Shown here: positions 39,440 to 51,480 of the stretch, piece after piece
Layout of the letters: each line of letters starts with the position of its first letter
Position numbering within the stretch: position 1 is the stretch's first letter
Assembly (NCBI RefSeq): GCF_006345805.1
Contig: NC_043003.1
Span: forward strand, 67,022,001 to 67,086,000
Length of the DNA stretch: 64,000 nt
Origin: Octopus sinensis
Taxonomy: Eukaryota
Direction of reading: 5' to 3'
Translations under genes and position numbers: made by a program
The notes under the pieces: generated by a model
Databases searched by the model: none
What the model saw: the letters and a program-made list of their open reading frames with translations, nothing else
What the model was told of the DNA's origin: nothing

Positions 39440-40790
39440 ACTTTCGTCTGAGGGCCTCTTTGCTGTCGACAAGTGGGATAAGCACCACCCTGAAGCTATA
39501 ACTGAAGGAGAAAATGTAATGATTCTTTGGGACTTTCAAGTACATACAGACCGAAACATCACAGCTAATAAACCGGACATTGTTGTGAAAGACCCAATCA
39601 ATAAAGTTTGTTTATTGATCGACTTGAGTATTCCTTGGGATCATAATATTTCGGCAAAATAATTTGGCAAGTTAAAAAAACATAAAGTTTTGTTCATTGA
39701 AATTGAAAAATTGTGACCTCTCCAGGTGGTTACGATACCAGTGAAAGCAGGAGCACTTGGCATGATGAAAATGGAACTGAAAAATCTTTGAAAGCGATCC
39801 TTGGCTTACTATCAATGCAAGAAGTGCAAAAGATTGTTTTAACTACTATATCGGACGTATTGAGAACATTGTTGCTGTGAGAACGATTACCACCCATGTA
39901 ATTTCCCCCATAACGTAATTTCATATTGAAAGTGAACAATCTGGTGTGTTTAATTTAATGATTTATCAATGTATATAGTGAGTTTCTTTGCCGTAGGTGT
40001 CGGGAAGACACTCGGCAAGAAATGAAAAAATTTGAAAGAAGAAAAACTAGAAGGTGAAGATAGTGCCAATTATTGTTGGGTCCATCAGAAAGCATCAAGA
40101 GGAATATTAAGGGAATCGGAATAGAATGCCCGGTAGAACTGTTATAAAAGGTTTGCATCCTTGTCACGGCCAGAATAACCAGGCAAGTACCAGATAGTTA
40201 GAAAGAACTTAACATGGTATTGTAGGTTGCAGGTAGCAAGCTCGCTACGCACGCAAGGCTCCAGGAGTTCCAACAAAATCTGAGTTATAAAGAAAAAATC
40301 TCAGCAGTTACCACTGACGTGGAATATTCTGAGCTACACAGATAAGAAGGTGCAAAATAAATGACTAGACATCACTCTCCTACGGAAGGAGTCCGAAGAA
40401 GGGACCTTCATTGCCATAGCTATTTCTGCAGACCAGAATGTTGTGAGGACAGAACGAGAAAGTCGAGGAATACAAAACCCTCGTATTGTAAGTGAAACAC
40501 AACCACAGTAACTCAAAAAGTGAGTGTGGCACCTATTGTGAGCAGTGTGCTTAGGACCATCTCAAAGAAAGCAATATTCTTGTATGAAAAGCTGCAAATA
40601 CCAAACTTCCCAGGACATACATATTTGGTAGTCAAACTCAGAACAGCACATGCGTTGAAGGAAATTTTGCGTCTCTAAGCTGCCGGCAAGAGCTGAGAAG
40701 TGGCATGGGGATAACACAGGAAACGAAAGAATAATGGAAATAAAGAATAACAATAGCAGCAGCAACAACAACAACGGTAGTAGTAGTAGT
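39440..40790 (+). mobile_element. Three consecutive R4/Dong-like endonuclease-end fragments (about 39440-39900, 40000-40290, 40290-40760)
   Basis: First: ILWDFQVHTDRNITANKPDIVVKD...CLLIDLSIPWD. The second and third show V-P-I-I/V-V-x-A/S-x-G and Q-x-x-x-L-x-T-A-x-I/M-L remnants; (AAT/AAC/AGT)n follows. Confidence 0.7.
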
Positions 40791-41093
40791 AGTTTTTTTA
40801 TACAAGTATATGACCAGAAATTTGGTGAAGAGGTAACCGATAATAATTTCGATTCAGTATTCAATTCTTTAAACCACACGTTATTTCATCAATTTCAACA
40901 TCGTCAAAGACAAATTCGATTTCGTTTCGATGGTAACTTAGAACTTAAAGAGCAACAGTTAAATACCCCAAGATATTTTTTCTTGAGATATTCTGATTCA
41001 GCCAATCCTGTCACATTATTTTCATATTTTTCATTTGTAGTAGTATCCATCTCTCTCTCTTTCTTTCTCTCTTCCTCCCTCTCTATGTATATA

Positions 41094-41171
<78 letters not shown>

Positions 41172-41175
41172 TTAT

Positions 41176-41280
41176 ATTTCGGTGCGAATGATTTTTTTAT
41201 ACGACACCATTTTTACATTCCTCAAAATAATAATTACGGTGATCGCCATAAGTTTTAAGCTTATATAAAAATACCATTAT
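41176..41280. mobile_element. Short rearranged relative of the 11714-12105 element
   Basis: tttcggtgcgaatg.tttt..tatac followed by an inverted copy of ggtatttatataagctt..gcgatcaccg. Confidence 0.55.
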
Positions 41281-41599
41281 ATATATATATATATGTGTTC
41301 TTCATGAAAAATTTAAGCGTGTTGCTCGAAAGCGCACTGCTAGTGTAGTGAATAGGGAAAGCTTGGTTTGCAATGTTTGCTGTCGTGTATGCTTTTCAAG
41401 AGCAGGGCTCATTAGCCATCAACGGAATCGCAAATACAAAATATAAGTAATTCCTAGAGCGCACAATGTTCCTAAAGGTTAGCAATGGTCAACCTCGGTT
41501 ACAAGTGGAGGCCATCATCATATAGAATTGACCGTAATATCTTACTGTCAAAATTGACAAATGTTGGAATCCGTAAAAAACTTCTACCTTGGATTGAGT

Positions 41600-42742
41600 A
41601 TTTCCTGGTGAACGAAGCACAACATGTTGTGGTCGTTGGAATCCACTGAAGGCCAGCAAAAGTCACCAGTGGTGTCCCTCAGGGGACTGTCTTGGGACTG
41701 CTTCATTTTATAATCTATATAAACGAACTTTACAGCGTCAAAAAACACAGCAAAGTGAAAATATTCGCTGATGACTCTAAGCTCCAGAAAATTATCACTG
41801 AAGAAATATGACCGAACTCAAATTCAGGCTGATCTACATGATGTGAGTCAATGGGCAGACAAAAGCAAAATACAACTAAACGAGGGAAAATTTGAGCTGA
41901 TACATTTTGGAGAAAAGTCTATGCTACAACTGCCATACTCTCTTCTTTCAGCGGACCATCTCACAGCGTCTTATAATATCAGAGACTTAGGAGTAATTGT
42001 TGATAACAATCTTGTTGGAGTGCCTACATCAACAATAAAGTCGATATAGCTCGTAAGATGAGCTCCTGGATCCTAAGAACCTTCCGCTCTAGAGAGCAAG
42101 GTGTCATCATTCCACTTTTCTCCTCCTTTGTACGTCGACACCTCGAATACTGCTGCTCCCTGTGATCTCCATATACAAAACAAAACATTTCGAAAATTGA
42201 ACCACCTCAGAGGTCATTCACTAAAAGAATTAAGGACATGACTGATCTCGATTACTAGGACCGCCTTAAAGCATTGAAACTATTCTCTTCAGTGCTGCCG
42301 TGAGCGATGCATCATTTGCACAATGTGGAGAATATACCACCAGCATTGCCCAAACGACCTCAACATTAGCTTCAAAATTCAACCAAGGCTAAGACCATGG
42401 GCCATACGTCCTCTACCCAATTCAGGATCATAACACATAAATACACTGCGACACAACTTATTTTCCTCAACAGGCCCTGCCCTATTTAACGTTGTCCCGA
42501 AACTGATCAAAGAGGAAAAGAATCCCATTACCTTTAAACAACGGAATCTGGACAAATTTCTTCAAGGAATACCAGATGAGCCACCTATACCTGTATACAG
42601 CTCGCTCAACAAGACCTCCCTACTCGAATGGACCATGATACCACAAAACTTGACTCAAAAAGGATCTAGATAATCCTATCAAGTGGTGCTATTAAGTTAG
42701 GCATGGCCAGGACCAATCTCTGGTCGAAACATATCTAAGTTT
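41600..42742 (+). mobile_element. 5'-truncated CR1-like LINE family 2 (RT end plus 3' tail)
   Basis: SGVPQGTVLG, IFADDSKL, QLNEGKFELIHFG, IRDLGVIVD, LEYC remnants; tail ggtggtgctattaag...catggcc...gaaacatatctaag. Confidence 0.85.
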
Positions 42743-42748
42743 ATATAC

Positions 42749-42779
<31 letters not shown>

Positions 42780-42780
42780 T

Positions 42781-43219
42781 TGTTTGTGTCCTGTTATTAC
42801 TAATATTGTTTTTTGTATTTATATTCGTGTGGCATCGTACGTTTTTCTGTCCTTGTTTCGTATACATTCGATCTTTTTTCCAAGAAATCTAATGCTCGTA
42901 GCTTAGCTTTTCCTTGGGGCTGGCCGGATTGGAGCGATCTCAAGATTAATCAGTCGAAATTGCGAGGATGATCCGGTTCTTGACTGAAGATTGAAGGCTT
43001 CGAATGTCCGTCCGTGTTTTTTGTATCGTCTTCTAAATGTTTTACGTTCCTGTCCCAGTTTGTATTTTTCTACATATAATATATATCGCGGCACCCGTAC
43101 CCTTTTTGGTTTTGTATGTAAGTACATATTTCTTTAAATTTGGTACGACTCTATAACATTGTCTCTCTCTCTCTCCCCTCTCCTACATTTCTCTGCCTTT
43201 CACACTTTGCACTCCATTT

Positions 43220-43260
<41 letters not shown>

Positions 43261-44091
43261 TCCTCCTTTTCTCTTTTCTTGCCTCTGATTCTTTGGGCTC
43301 CTCTTCCTTACTCTCTCACATTTCTCTGTCTTTCTCACTTTGCACCTCACTGATTCTGTCGCCAAGCCAATCCTTGACAGGCTTTCTTTCTTCTCCCCTC
43401 TTTAATTCCTTCTTTCTCTCTCTTCTCCCCCCCCTTTGGTGCTTCTGTCCCTCTTTTTCTCTCTCTCTTTGATTCCTTTGCCCCCTTTTTTTCTCACTCT
43501 TCTCCTCTCACGTGACCGCCGGTCAACTAGCCTTTCGGCTTATGACCACTGCCACGACAACATCGTTTTCTTCGTCTGCCGCCAAGGCAATTTTTTTTCC
43601 AAATACGCCAGCTAAGCTTCGTTAAACTGTCTAAAGTCGTAAGGCACCCGCTGTTTTTGTCCTGTTATTACTATTATTGTTTTTTGTATTTATATTCGTG
43701 TGGCATCGTACGTTTTTCTGTCCTTGTTTCGTATACATTCGATCTTTTTTCCAAGAAATCTAATGCTCGTAGCTTAGCTTTTCCTTGGGGCTGGCCGGAT
43801 TGGAGCGATCTCAAGATTAATCAGCCGAAATTGCGAGGATGATCCGGTTCTTGACTGAAGATTGAAGGCTTCGAATGTCCCGTCCGTGTTTTTTGTATCG
43901 TCTTCTAAATGTTTTACGTTCCTGTCCCAGTTTGTATTTTTCTACATATAATATATATCGCGGCACCCGTACCCTTTTTGGTTTTGTATGTAAGTACATA
44001 TTTCTTTAAATTTGGTACGACTCTATAACATTGTCTCTCTCTCTCTCCCCTCTCCTACATTTCTCTGCCTTTCACACTTTGCACTCCATTT

Positions 44092-44138
<47 letters not shown>

Positions 44139-44826
44139 TCCTCCTTTTCTCTTTTCTTGCCTCTGATTCTTTGGGCTCCTCTTCCTTACTCTCTCACATT
44201 TCTCTGTCTTTCTCACTTTGCACCTCACTGATTCTGTCACCAAGCCAATCCTTGACAGGCTTTCTTTCTTCTCCCCTCTTTAATTCCTTCTTTCTCTCTC
44301 TTCTCCCCCCCCCTTTGGTGCTCCTGTCCCTCTTTTTCTCTCTCTCTTTGATTCCTTTGCCCCCTTTTTTTCTCACTCTTCTCCTCTCACGTGACCGCCG
44401 GTCAACTAGCCTTTCGGCTTATGACCACTGCAACGACAACATCGTTTTCTTCGTCTGCCGCCAAGGCAATTTTTTTTCCAAATACGCCAGCTAAGCTTCG
44501 TTGAACTGTCTAAAGTCGTAAGGCACCCGCTGTTTTTGTCCTGTTATTACTATTATTGTTTTTTGTATTTATATTCGTGTGGCATCGTCCGTTTTTCTGT
44601 CCTTGTTTCGTATACATTCGATCCTTTTTCCAAGAAATCTAGTGCTCGTAGCTTAACTTTTCCTTGGGGCTGGCCGGATCGGAGCGATCTCAAGATTAAT
44701 CAGCCGAAATTGCGAGGATGATCCGGTTCTTGACTGAAGATTGAAGGCTTCGAATGTCCCGTCCGTGTTTTTTGTATCGTCTTCTAAATGTTTTACGTTC
44801 CTGTCCCAGTTCGTATTTTTCTACAT
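42781..44826. repeat. Tandem A-B-A-B-A array, unit about 871-879 bp; A about 295 bp with TGT...ACA ends
   Basis: A starts at 42781, 43652 and 44531 and ends ...ttttctaca; B is CT-rich; (TA)n on both sides. Confidence 0.9.
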
Positions 44827-44905
44827 ATAATATATATATGTATAATTTTTTTCAGAATGCGATAAAAAGCCAAGGCGCTGGAGATTTTAGAATATTTATA
44901 AATAG

Positions 44906-44953
44906 GTCTTACAGCTGTTTCCAGGATATTAATTATATCCCTTCATCGGAGAC
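44906..44953 (-). ncRNA. Type-I hammerhead motif in a Penelope-like terminus (core U4 to C in this copy)
   Basis: Reverse complement: GTCT CCGATGA AGGGATAT-aatta-ATATCCTG GAAA CAGCTG TA AGAC. Confidence 0.65.
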
Positions 44954-45599
44954 GTTGTGAGAAGATGGTTAAGCAATAGTTAATTTAGATATGATAAAAA
45001 ATAGAGAGTAAAGTGGAGGAATGAAAATAGATGTGAAATATGCAGGGATATTGCATTTGTAGATCCATTATTTAGGCAGAATGATATACATATAAGATTC
45101 CAATACCTTGTGAGTAAAATCCAATAGTATTTAAAATTGATCATTCCAAGTATAGAGTTTGAACACAGTGCTATTGAATCAAAGGTTTTATTTAAAGTGA
45201 CCTAAAAGTATGGAATGTATTTGTAAGTTTAAATCGAAAACAGGAGGAGAGGAATAAAGAAAAGAAAGAAAAAAAAAGAAAAACAAGAGAGGTAATAAAG
45301 GAAAGTGTACCAGTTAGTGGTCAGTCAAGATAATTTGAAAGTAGGAATGGGGAGATGAAGATGGTAGAGAGAAAAGTGTATTAGAGTGTAAAAAGATAGA
45401 AGGAATGGGGTAAAAGAGAGAGAGAGAGAGAAAGGTATAAAGATGTAAAAGGTAAAGGAGTGTCAATTATGTAGTGATAGAGTTGAAGTGATGGGGCAGA
45501 GAGAGAGGGGTAGTAGTATGGAATGAAAGATTTAGAAATATAGATTTGGTGGTTGGACATGTCAGTACTTAGTAGTAGAAGAAAATATATATATGTATA

Positions 45600-45990
45600 C
45601 ATGAGTGGCTGTGTGGTAAGTAGCTTGCTAACCAACCGCATGGTTCCGGGTTCAGTCCCACTGCGTGGCATCTTGGGCAAGTGTCTTCTGCTATAGCCCT
45701 GGGCCGACCAAAGCCTTGTGAGTGGATTTGATAGACGGAAACTGAAAGAAGCCTGTCGTATATATGTATATATTTATATATGTGTATGTGTGTGTTTATG
45801 TGTCTGTGTTTGTCCTCCTAGCATTGCTTGACAATCGATACTGGTGTGTTTACGTCCCCGTCACCTAGCGGTTCGGTAAAAGAGGCCGATAGAATAAGTA
45901 CTGGGCTTACAAAAAATAAGGCGGTGCTCCAGCATGGCCGCAGTCAAATGACTGAAACAAGTAAAAGAGTAAAAGAGTAAAAGGAGTATG
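45600..45990 (+). mobile_element. SINE family B, full length
   Basis: gagtggctgtgtggtaag...gggttcagtcccactgcg...ggcggtgctccagcatggccgcagtcaaatgactgaaacaagtaaaagagtaaaagag. Confidence 0.9.
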
Positions 45991-46006
45991 TATGTATGTA
46001 TATATA

Positions 46007-46050
<44 letters not shown>

Positions 46051-46339
46051 TATATATTTATACTGTTATACATAACGATATCTACATATACAACTCATAC
46101 TCATATGTATATGTACACATGCATACCCAGATATACGTATATTTTTATGCATTATCGCCTCTGTACACTCAGTTATAAATACCTTGCATACATACATATA
46201 TTTACGCATGCACACATTCATACATACACGCATACACACATGCATATACACGCACTACCAAACCCATCCTACTGACACTACCCGAAATACCACCACAATC
46301 TCAACCATCCTTAAAAATAGTACAATTAATAACAACACC

Positions 46340-46387
46340 GTCTCTGATGAAGGGATATAATAAATATCCTGGAAACAGCTGCAAGAC
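46340..46387 (+). ncRNA. Type-I hammerhead motif in a Penelope-like terminus (U16.1 to C in this copy)
   Basis: GTCT CTGATGA AGGGATAT-aataa-ATATCCTG GAAA CAGCTG CA AGAC; part of an ~85-bp inverted repeat with 44870-44955. Confidence 0.65.
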
Positions 46388-47915
46388 CTTCTATTTATAA
46401 ATGTTCTAAAATCTTCAGTCTTGATGTTTTATCTCATTCTGAAAAAATATATATAAACACATGCTGATATATGACCTACGTTGGACTGCTTATTCGCATA
46501 ATTACCGAACATGGATCTTAACTACGGTCTATCTATAGCGCTTACTCTGCATTACCTGATACCTTTGTGTCTTACTGACACCATTATCTCTTATAACCTC
46601 TCTCTCTATATATATATATGTATGTATATATAGGAAACGCAACTGGAATGATTTGAAGCAAAGTATTTCCAAGTGAGTAGCGATAGTGAATTATCAATAC
46701 ATTGCGGTCGGCCTGATTCTGAAAGTTGATAAAATAATTATTTATTGTATAATTACTTTTACTTGCAACGAGTTTGGTTCAGTATACGAGGAACCGTACC
46801 CTCCGACGTCCGTGCTTTTTAATGGGTATCAATGTTGTCGATGATGATCACGGTTTTTTAAAATAGATATTAATTCGTAAGAAATGTTCACATGTTCATC
46901 GGTTATTTATGTTGTAAGATGTGTTCATGCTTTTTAATGAGCATTAATGACGAAAGCCATGTCCAAGGATTTATAATGGGGATTATTTTCACCAGTGGTA
47001 ACAAAGCTTTTTTATTGAGCAGTATGAACATGGTTTTAAATGGCATGTAATGTCGGAAGTAAGATTCATGCTTTTTTCTTAATGAGAAGTTATGTCGCCA
47101 ATGATGTCCATGCATATTTTAATGGGCATTAATATTATAAATGAGGTTCGGGCTTGTTTAATGTCGTAAACGACGTAAATCGAAACACTGTTGAATGGGA
47201 GTTTAATATTCTACAACGCGTGTTGTCATTTTTCACTTTATTAATACAATAACAAATGATTTATTTAGAAGTCTTTTAAAAAAATGACTATAGATTTACA
47301 AAGACTAAAAATAAATTATACAGAAGTTCAAAAGTAAAATGAAACAATAAATAACAGATTATAAATTAAAATAGAAAATACAAAATGAAACACGGAAATG
47401 CATTGTGAGTTAATGAGTGATCAAGATAGATTTTTATGGATGCTTCTTGTTTACATGAATATTTATTTCGTTTTAAACTTTCACACTTTGAACTTAATTC
47501 CACGCAACGCACCCGGTGACTCATTCTTTCTCTTTCTTCTTTTCCTCTTTCTCTCTCATACATATACACACTTTCTCACTCTCTCTCTCTCGCTCTCGCT
47601 CTTTCTCACTTATAGAGACTCACAGACACTACATGATCTTTGTCTCTAACTCTCTTTCTCACTCTCATATCTACGTCTCACTTGCTTCCTCTCTCTTGCA
47701 CTCTCGCTCAGCTTCCGGTTGTTTTACTTCATTTCACCTTCTGTCGTTTGTGATTATATGAAATCTCAGAATCAACGTATCGTTTTATGTTGTTGTTGTT
47801 TTTTTTTCCCTTTCATTGTTTATAAACTGTCAAATTGTATTTGTATCATATTGTGATTCTGTACTGTCTATTTATTCACTTAATTCTTTTTTAAGTATCT
47901 TATTTGTTCTGAGAA

Positions 47916-48230
47916 TCACAATATCGATTCCGATTTGACCACGTTGCTTTTTGTGTTCAGATTGATATCATTAGCGGTAGGTAATGTCACAGAGCTAGCA
48001 GCATTGTTAAATGAAGTCATTGAACCACTGACAGAGTTCGGAACGTAAGAATTGATGGTAGACAAACTGCTGGCGTGCTGAACGGCGTTAGCTAATCCAT
48101 TAACACTAGACGATTCGGGTAGGCATTGTATCTTGTGAATCCCAAGTGAATCCGCACTGTAACGTTCGATTCGGTCCTCTTTGCGGGCCGGGCCCCAGTC
48201 AGGTGAAGGCCGCATGTTTAATTTCAGCAT
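47916..48230 (-). CDS. Terminal coding exon of an SLC6 (sodium/chloride-dependent neurotransmitter/amino-acid transporter) gene; cytoplasmic C-tail
   Basis: Acceptor tatatttcag|ATG at 48230, open frame MLKLNMRPSPDWGP...ESIL-TGA (47916). The PxPxWGP motif is typical of the C-tail of GlyT/PROT-like SLC6 members. Phase 0, matching the upstream exon. Confidence 0.85.
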   Translation of the reverse strand: MLKLNMRPSPDWGPARKEDRIERYSADSLGIHKIQCLPESSSVNGLANAVQHASSLSTINSYVPNSVSGSMTSFNNAASSVTLPTANDINLNTKSNVVKSESIL

Positions 48231-48379
48231 CTGAAATATAGACAAAAGTGTATATGATAATTAAATCAGATATGAATTCGAACGGTTGAGTACGACGATC
48301 AATAAAAACAAACAAAAAAACCCCAAAAAAACCTACAAAAACACACACATTGAGTGCACGGGGCTGGTGGGATTGTATG

Positions 48380-48755
48380 CAAAGACGTTACCTTCTCAAC
48401 CAAATGGTTCCAGGTTCAGATCCACTGGGTAGCACTTTGACTGAGTGAGTTCAATAATGACCTCAGGCCAACCAAAGCTTTGTGAACGGATACAGGAGAT
48501 AGAAACTGAAAGAAGAGCGTCGCACGTACGCACACACACATGCACACAGACACATACATACATGTGTGTATGTGTGTGTGCGTGCGTGCATGTCTGTATA
48601 GTATGAATGTGTTTAGTGTGTGCGTGTAGTCTGTGTGTTTCTTTGCATGTATGTTTGTTCCCGTACCATCCCTTTACAACCGGTGTTGGTGTGTTTATGT
48701 CCCCGTAAGTTAGCAGTTCGGTAAAATAGTCCATGATAATACGTACCAGACTTTA
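48380..48755 (+). mobile_element. Degenerate SINE family B in the last SLC6 intron
   Basis: atggttccaggttcag.tccactg...ccaaagc.ttgtga...aactgaaagaag...gtccccgtaa.ttagc.gttcgg. Confidence 0.7.
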
Positions 48756-49059
48756 TACCGGACAAGAGATTTATTATATATATTAATGTATTGGAAAACA
48801 AAACCATAGAAATATTTTATCACATAACCGAGGTTTTCGCATTATTGTCTAAGTGAAAATATATCCGTGTACCTATTCAGAAGATAAGTTTAACTCACAA
48901 AACACAGTAAAAGGGAGAGAAAAATGTTCCAGGGTTTTTATTTTTCTGTGGAGGACAACATGTAGGGTTTTGGAACGAGTAAGTGACCAGGTATGTACAG
49001 GTGACTGCATTTGTGTGTTGAGAAGGGAGAGAAATATTTATTTGTATAATTGTACTTAC

Positions 49060-49221
49060 GTAAAACCCGCCTTGTGAGCAATATTTGTATAAAAACCAGG
49101 TGGGTATGACGGAAATTGGTAAAGCAACTATGAGCCAACCAATAACCTTTGCCCAACACGGGTATTCTTTACCATTCAAATCAGGTTCCTTGTAGAGAAC
49201 GATGTTTAAAAGAGCAATAGT
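49060..49221 (-). CDS. Penultimate coding exon of the same SLC6 gene (TM11 end, extracellular loop, TM12)
   Basis: ttatttcag|ACT...TAC|gtaagt; 162 nt, 54 codons TIALLNIVLYKEPDLNGKEYPCWAKVIGWLIVALPISVIPTWFLYKYCSQGGFY, containing the SLC6 signature Y-P-x-W-A-x-x-I-G-W...S-x-I-P before and in TM12. Confidence 0.9.
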
Positions 49222-49269
49222 CTGAAATAATTTGGAAATAGAAAATTGAAAACAATATTAGTCGATTAT

Positions 49270-49354
49270 TTACATTATTTATATTTGAGAACGTTTCGGC
49301 TGATATACCCTCTAGCTTTAATCGGGTACCTTGGGGAAAGTATTATTCAGGTCA

Positions 49355-49415
<61 letters not shown>

Positions 49416-49417
49416 TA

Positions 49418-49451
<34 letters not shown>

Positions 49452-50262
49452 CGATGTTGATGACGATGATGATGACGATGACGATGACGACGGCGATGAC
49501 GACGACGACGACAACAACAAAGTGAAACTATTGATCATATCGTCTCCAAGTGCAGTCTTCTTGCGCCTACAGAGTATCTTAACAGGCATGATAGAGCTAA
49601 ACAATATATTCACTGTGTAATTTGCAAAAGCCTGGACTTGCTCCATAATAAAAACTGGTGGGAACACAAACCACCTCCAGTGCTTGAAAATGATCATATC
49701 TCACTCCTCTGGAACTTCACCAATCAAACTGACATTGAAATAGATGCAAATAGGCCAGACATCATATTGAAAGACTTCAGAGAAAAATCATGCTCCCTCA
49801 TTGATATGACTGTCCCAATCGATATAAACGTATCTGTCAAGACCTACCAAAAACTGAGCAAATATAAAGATCATGAAATAAAAATTAGCAAAATGTGGAA
49901 GCTGAAGACTAAAACAATACATGTTGTCATAGGTGCCCTAGAAATGATAGCAAAAAGGGCTGATTGCTACATAGCTCAGATACTAAGAAACCCCAAAATG
50001 GCAGAAATTCAAAAGATAGTACTCATGGGAACTGCCCATACCCTACGTAAAATACTTTCTATGTAATCTGAAGTTTTAAAACAAACATAATTTTCTTATG
50101 GTTTCTGAAACATTTTCTAGAACAACACTATGTACAAAACCAAATATAGTGCAACCTAGACAAAACACCAACATGAACTTTCAGCCTGTTATCTCTTGAG
50201 GTCTCTGGGTGATATTTGAAGCCAACTTGTACAAATGTAAAGTAAAAGTCAAACATAAAATA

Positions 50263-50319
<57 letters not shown>

Positions 50320-50516
50320 TTAATAATAATAATAGCAACAACATCGAAAAATACCTTAGGAATGAGAACCCAGGTTTGAAATTTTCCCAAGACAACTGAT
50401 GAAGGCTGGAGGGTATATCAGCCGGAACGTTGTGTTAACAACAAACAAGATGAGGACAAATATCCATCATATGTAAATAATGTATATAATTTCTCATCTC
50501 TTAAATATAGAACTGA
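49270..50516 (+). mobile_element. Rearranged SINE family C copy with an R4/Dong-like fragment inside its (TAA)n
   Basis: Inverted HHR tail at 49270-49340, (TAA)n/(GAT)n, R4 fragment, (TAA)n, then the forward tail 50335-50516 with CTGATGA at 50396 (GAAA mutated to GGAA). Confidence 0.7.
49620..50250 (+). pseudogene. R4/Dong-like restriction-like endonuclease C-terminal fragment
   Basis: WEHKPPPVLEND..LLWNF..ANRPDIILKD...LIDMTVPID...KLSKY...VVIGAL...QKIVLMGTAHTLRKILSM*. Confidence 0.85.
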
Positions 50517-50711
50517 ATATTATTCGAAATAAACAGATAAAATAATGATGTCTCTTCTTTATGAGAAGTTAAAAATGGAATTTTACGAAAGGAAACGACA
50601 TATAATTTCGTATAAGGAAATTGTCTTGGAAGAATAAGCGAAGATGATTGAAGCGAAAAGGAAGAGAGTTTGAATACAAACAATGGGTAAAAATAGTGTG
50701 TGTGTGTGTGT

Positions 50712-50781
<70 letters not shown>

Positions 50782-51279
50782 CGTGCGTGTATTTGTGTTT
50801 CAGAGACAGATAAAAGTGTGAGATTTTGTGAGCGGATTTGCTAGCACTAGAAAGAGAGAAGCTACGTGTGTATGTATGTGTGTGAGATAGATAGAGAGAT
50901 AGATAGAGAGAGAGAGAGAGGGAGAGAGAGGGAGAGAGAGGAAGAAGCAGAGAAAAAGTGAGAGACTGTGTACATAAAAAAGAAGGGAAACTAAGATACG
51001 ATAGGCAAACGGAGAAGGAAATTTATTGTGATTAAGGGAAATAAAGAAAATAACATATAGTTATAAGCACGCACACACATGCATATTTATAAACCGTGTG
51101 TATGTGAGAGATAACTAGGCACATACCTACATACCAACCTCATTTACCCACATCCCCCATTTACCACCCCCTCCAAAGATTTGCGATAATTTGTGTCTGA
51201 AGATTCCTGAAGTCCTGGTGATTTAATACCTTTCGCCAAACATTTTCCAAATATCAATTTCTAGACACGTAGCATGCAT

Positions 51280-51480
51280 TTATGCATGTATGTATGTATG
51301 TATGTATGTATGTATGTATGTATGTATGTATGTATGTATGTATGTATGTATGCATGTATGTATGCACGTATGTATGTATGTATGCATGTATGTATGTATG
51401 TATGTATGTATGTATGCATGTATGCATATATGCATGTATGTATGCATGCATGCATATATGTATGCATCTCTGTATACATG
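51280..51480. repeat. (TATG)n microsatellite
   Basis: Direct reading. Confidence 0.95.

Noticed and set aside
42781-44826. Possible CRISPR-like or regularly spaced array
   Set aside because: Units are ~875 bp with near-identical spacers; eukaryotic context, no cas genes. No CRISPR array is supported anywhere in the window.
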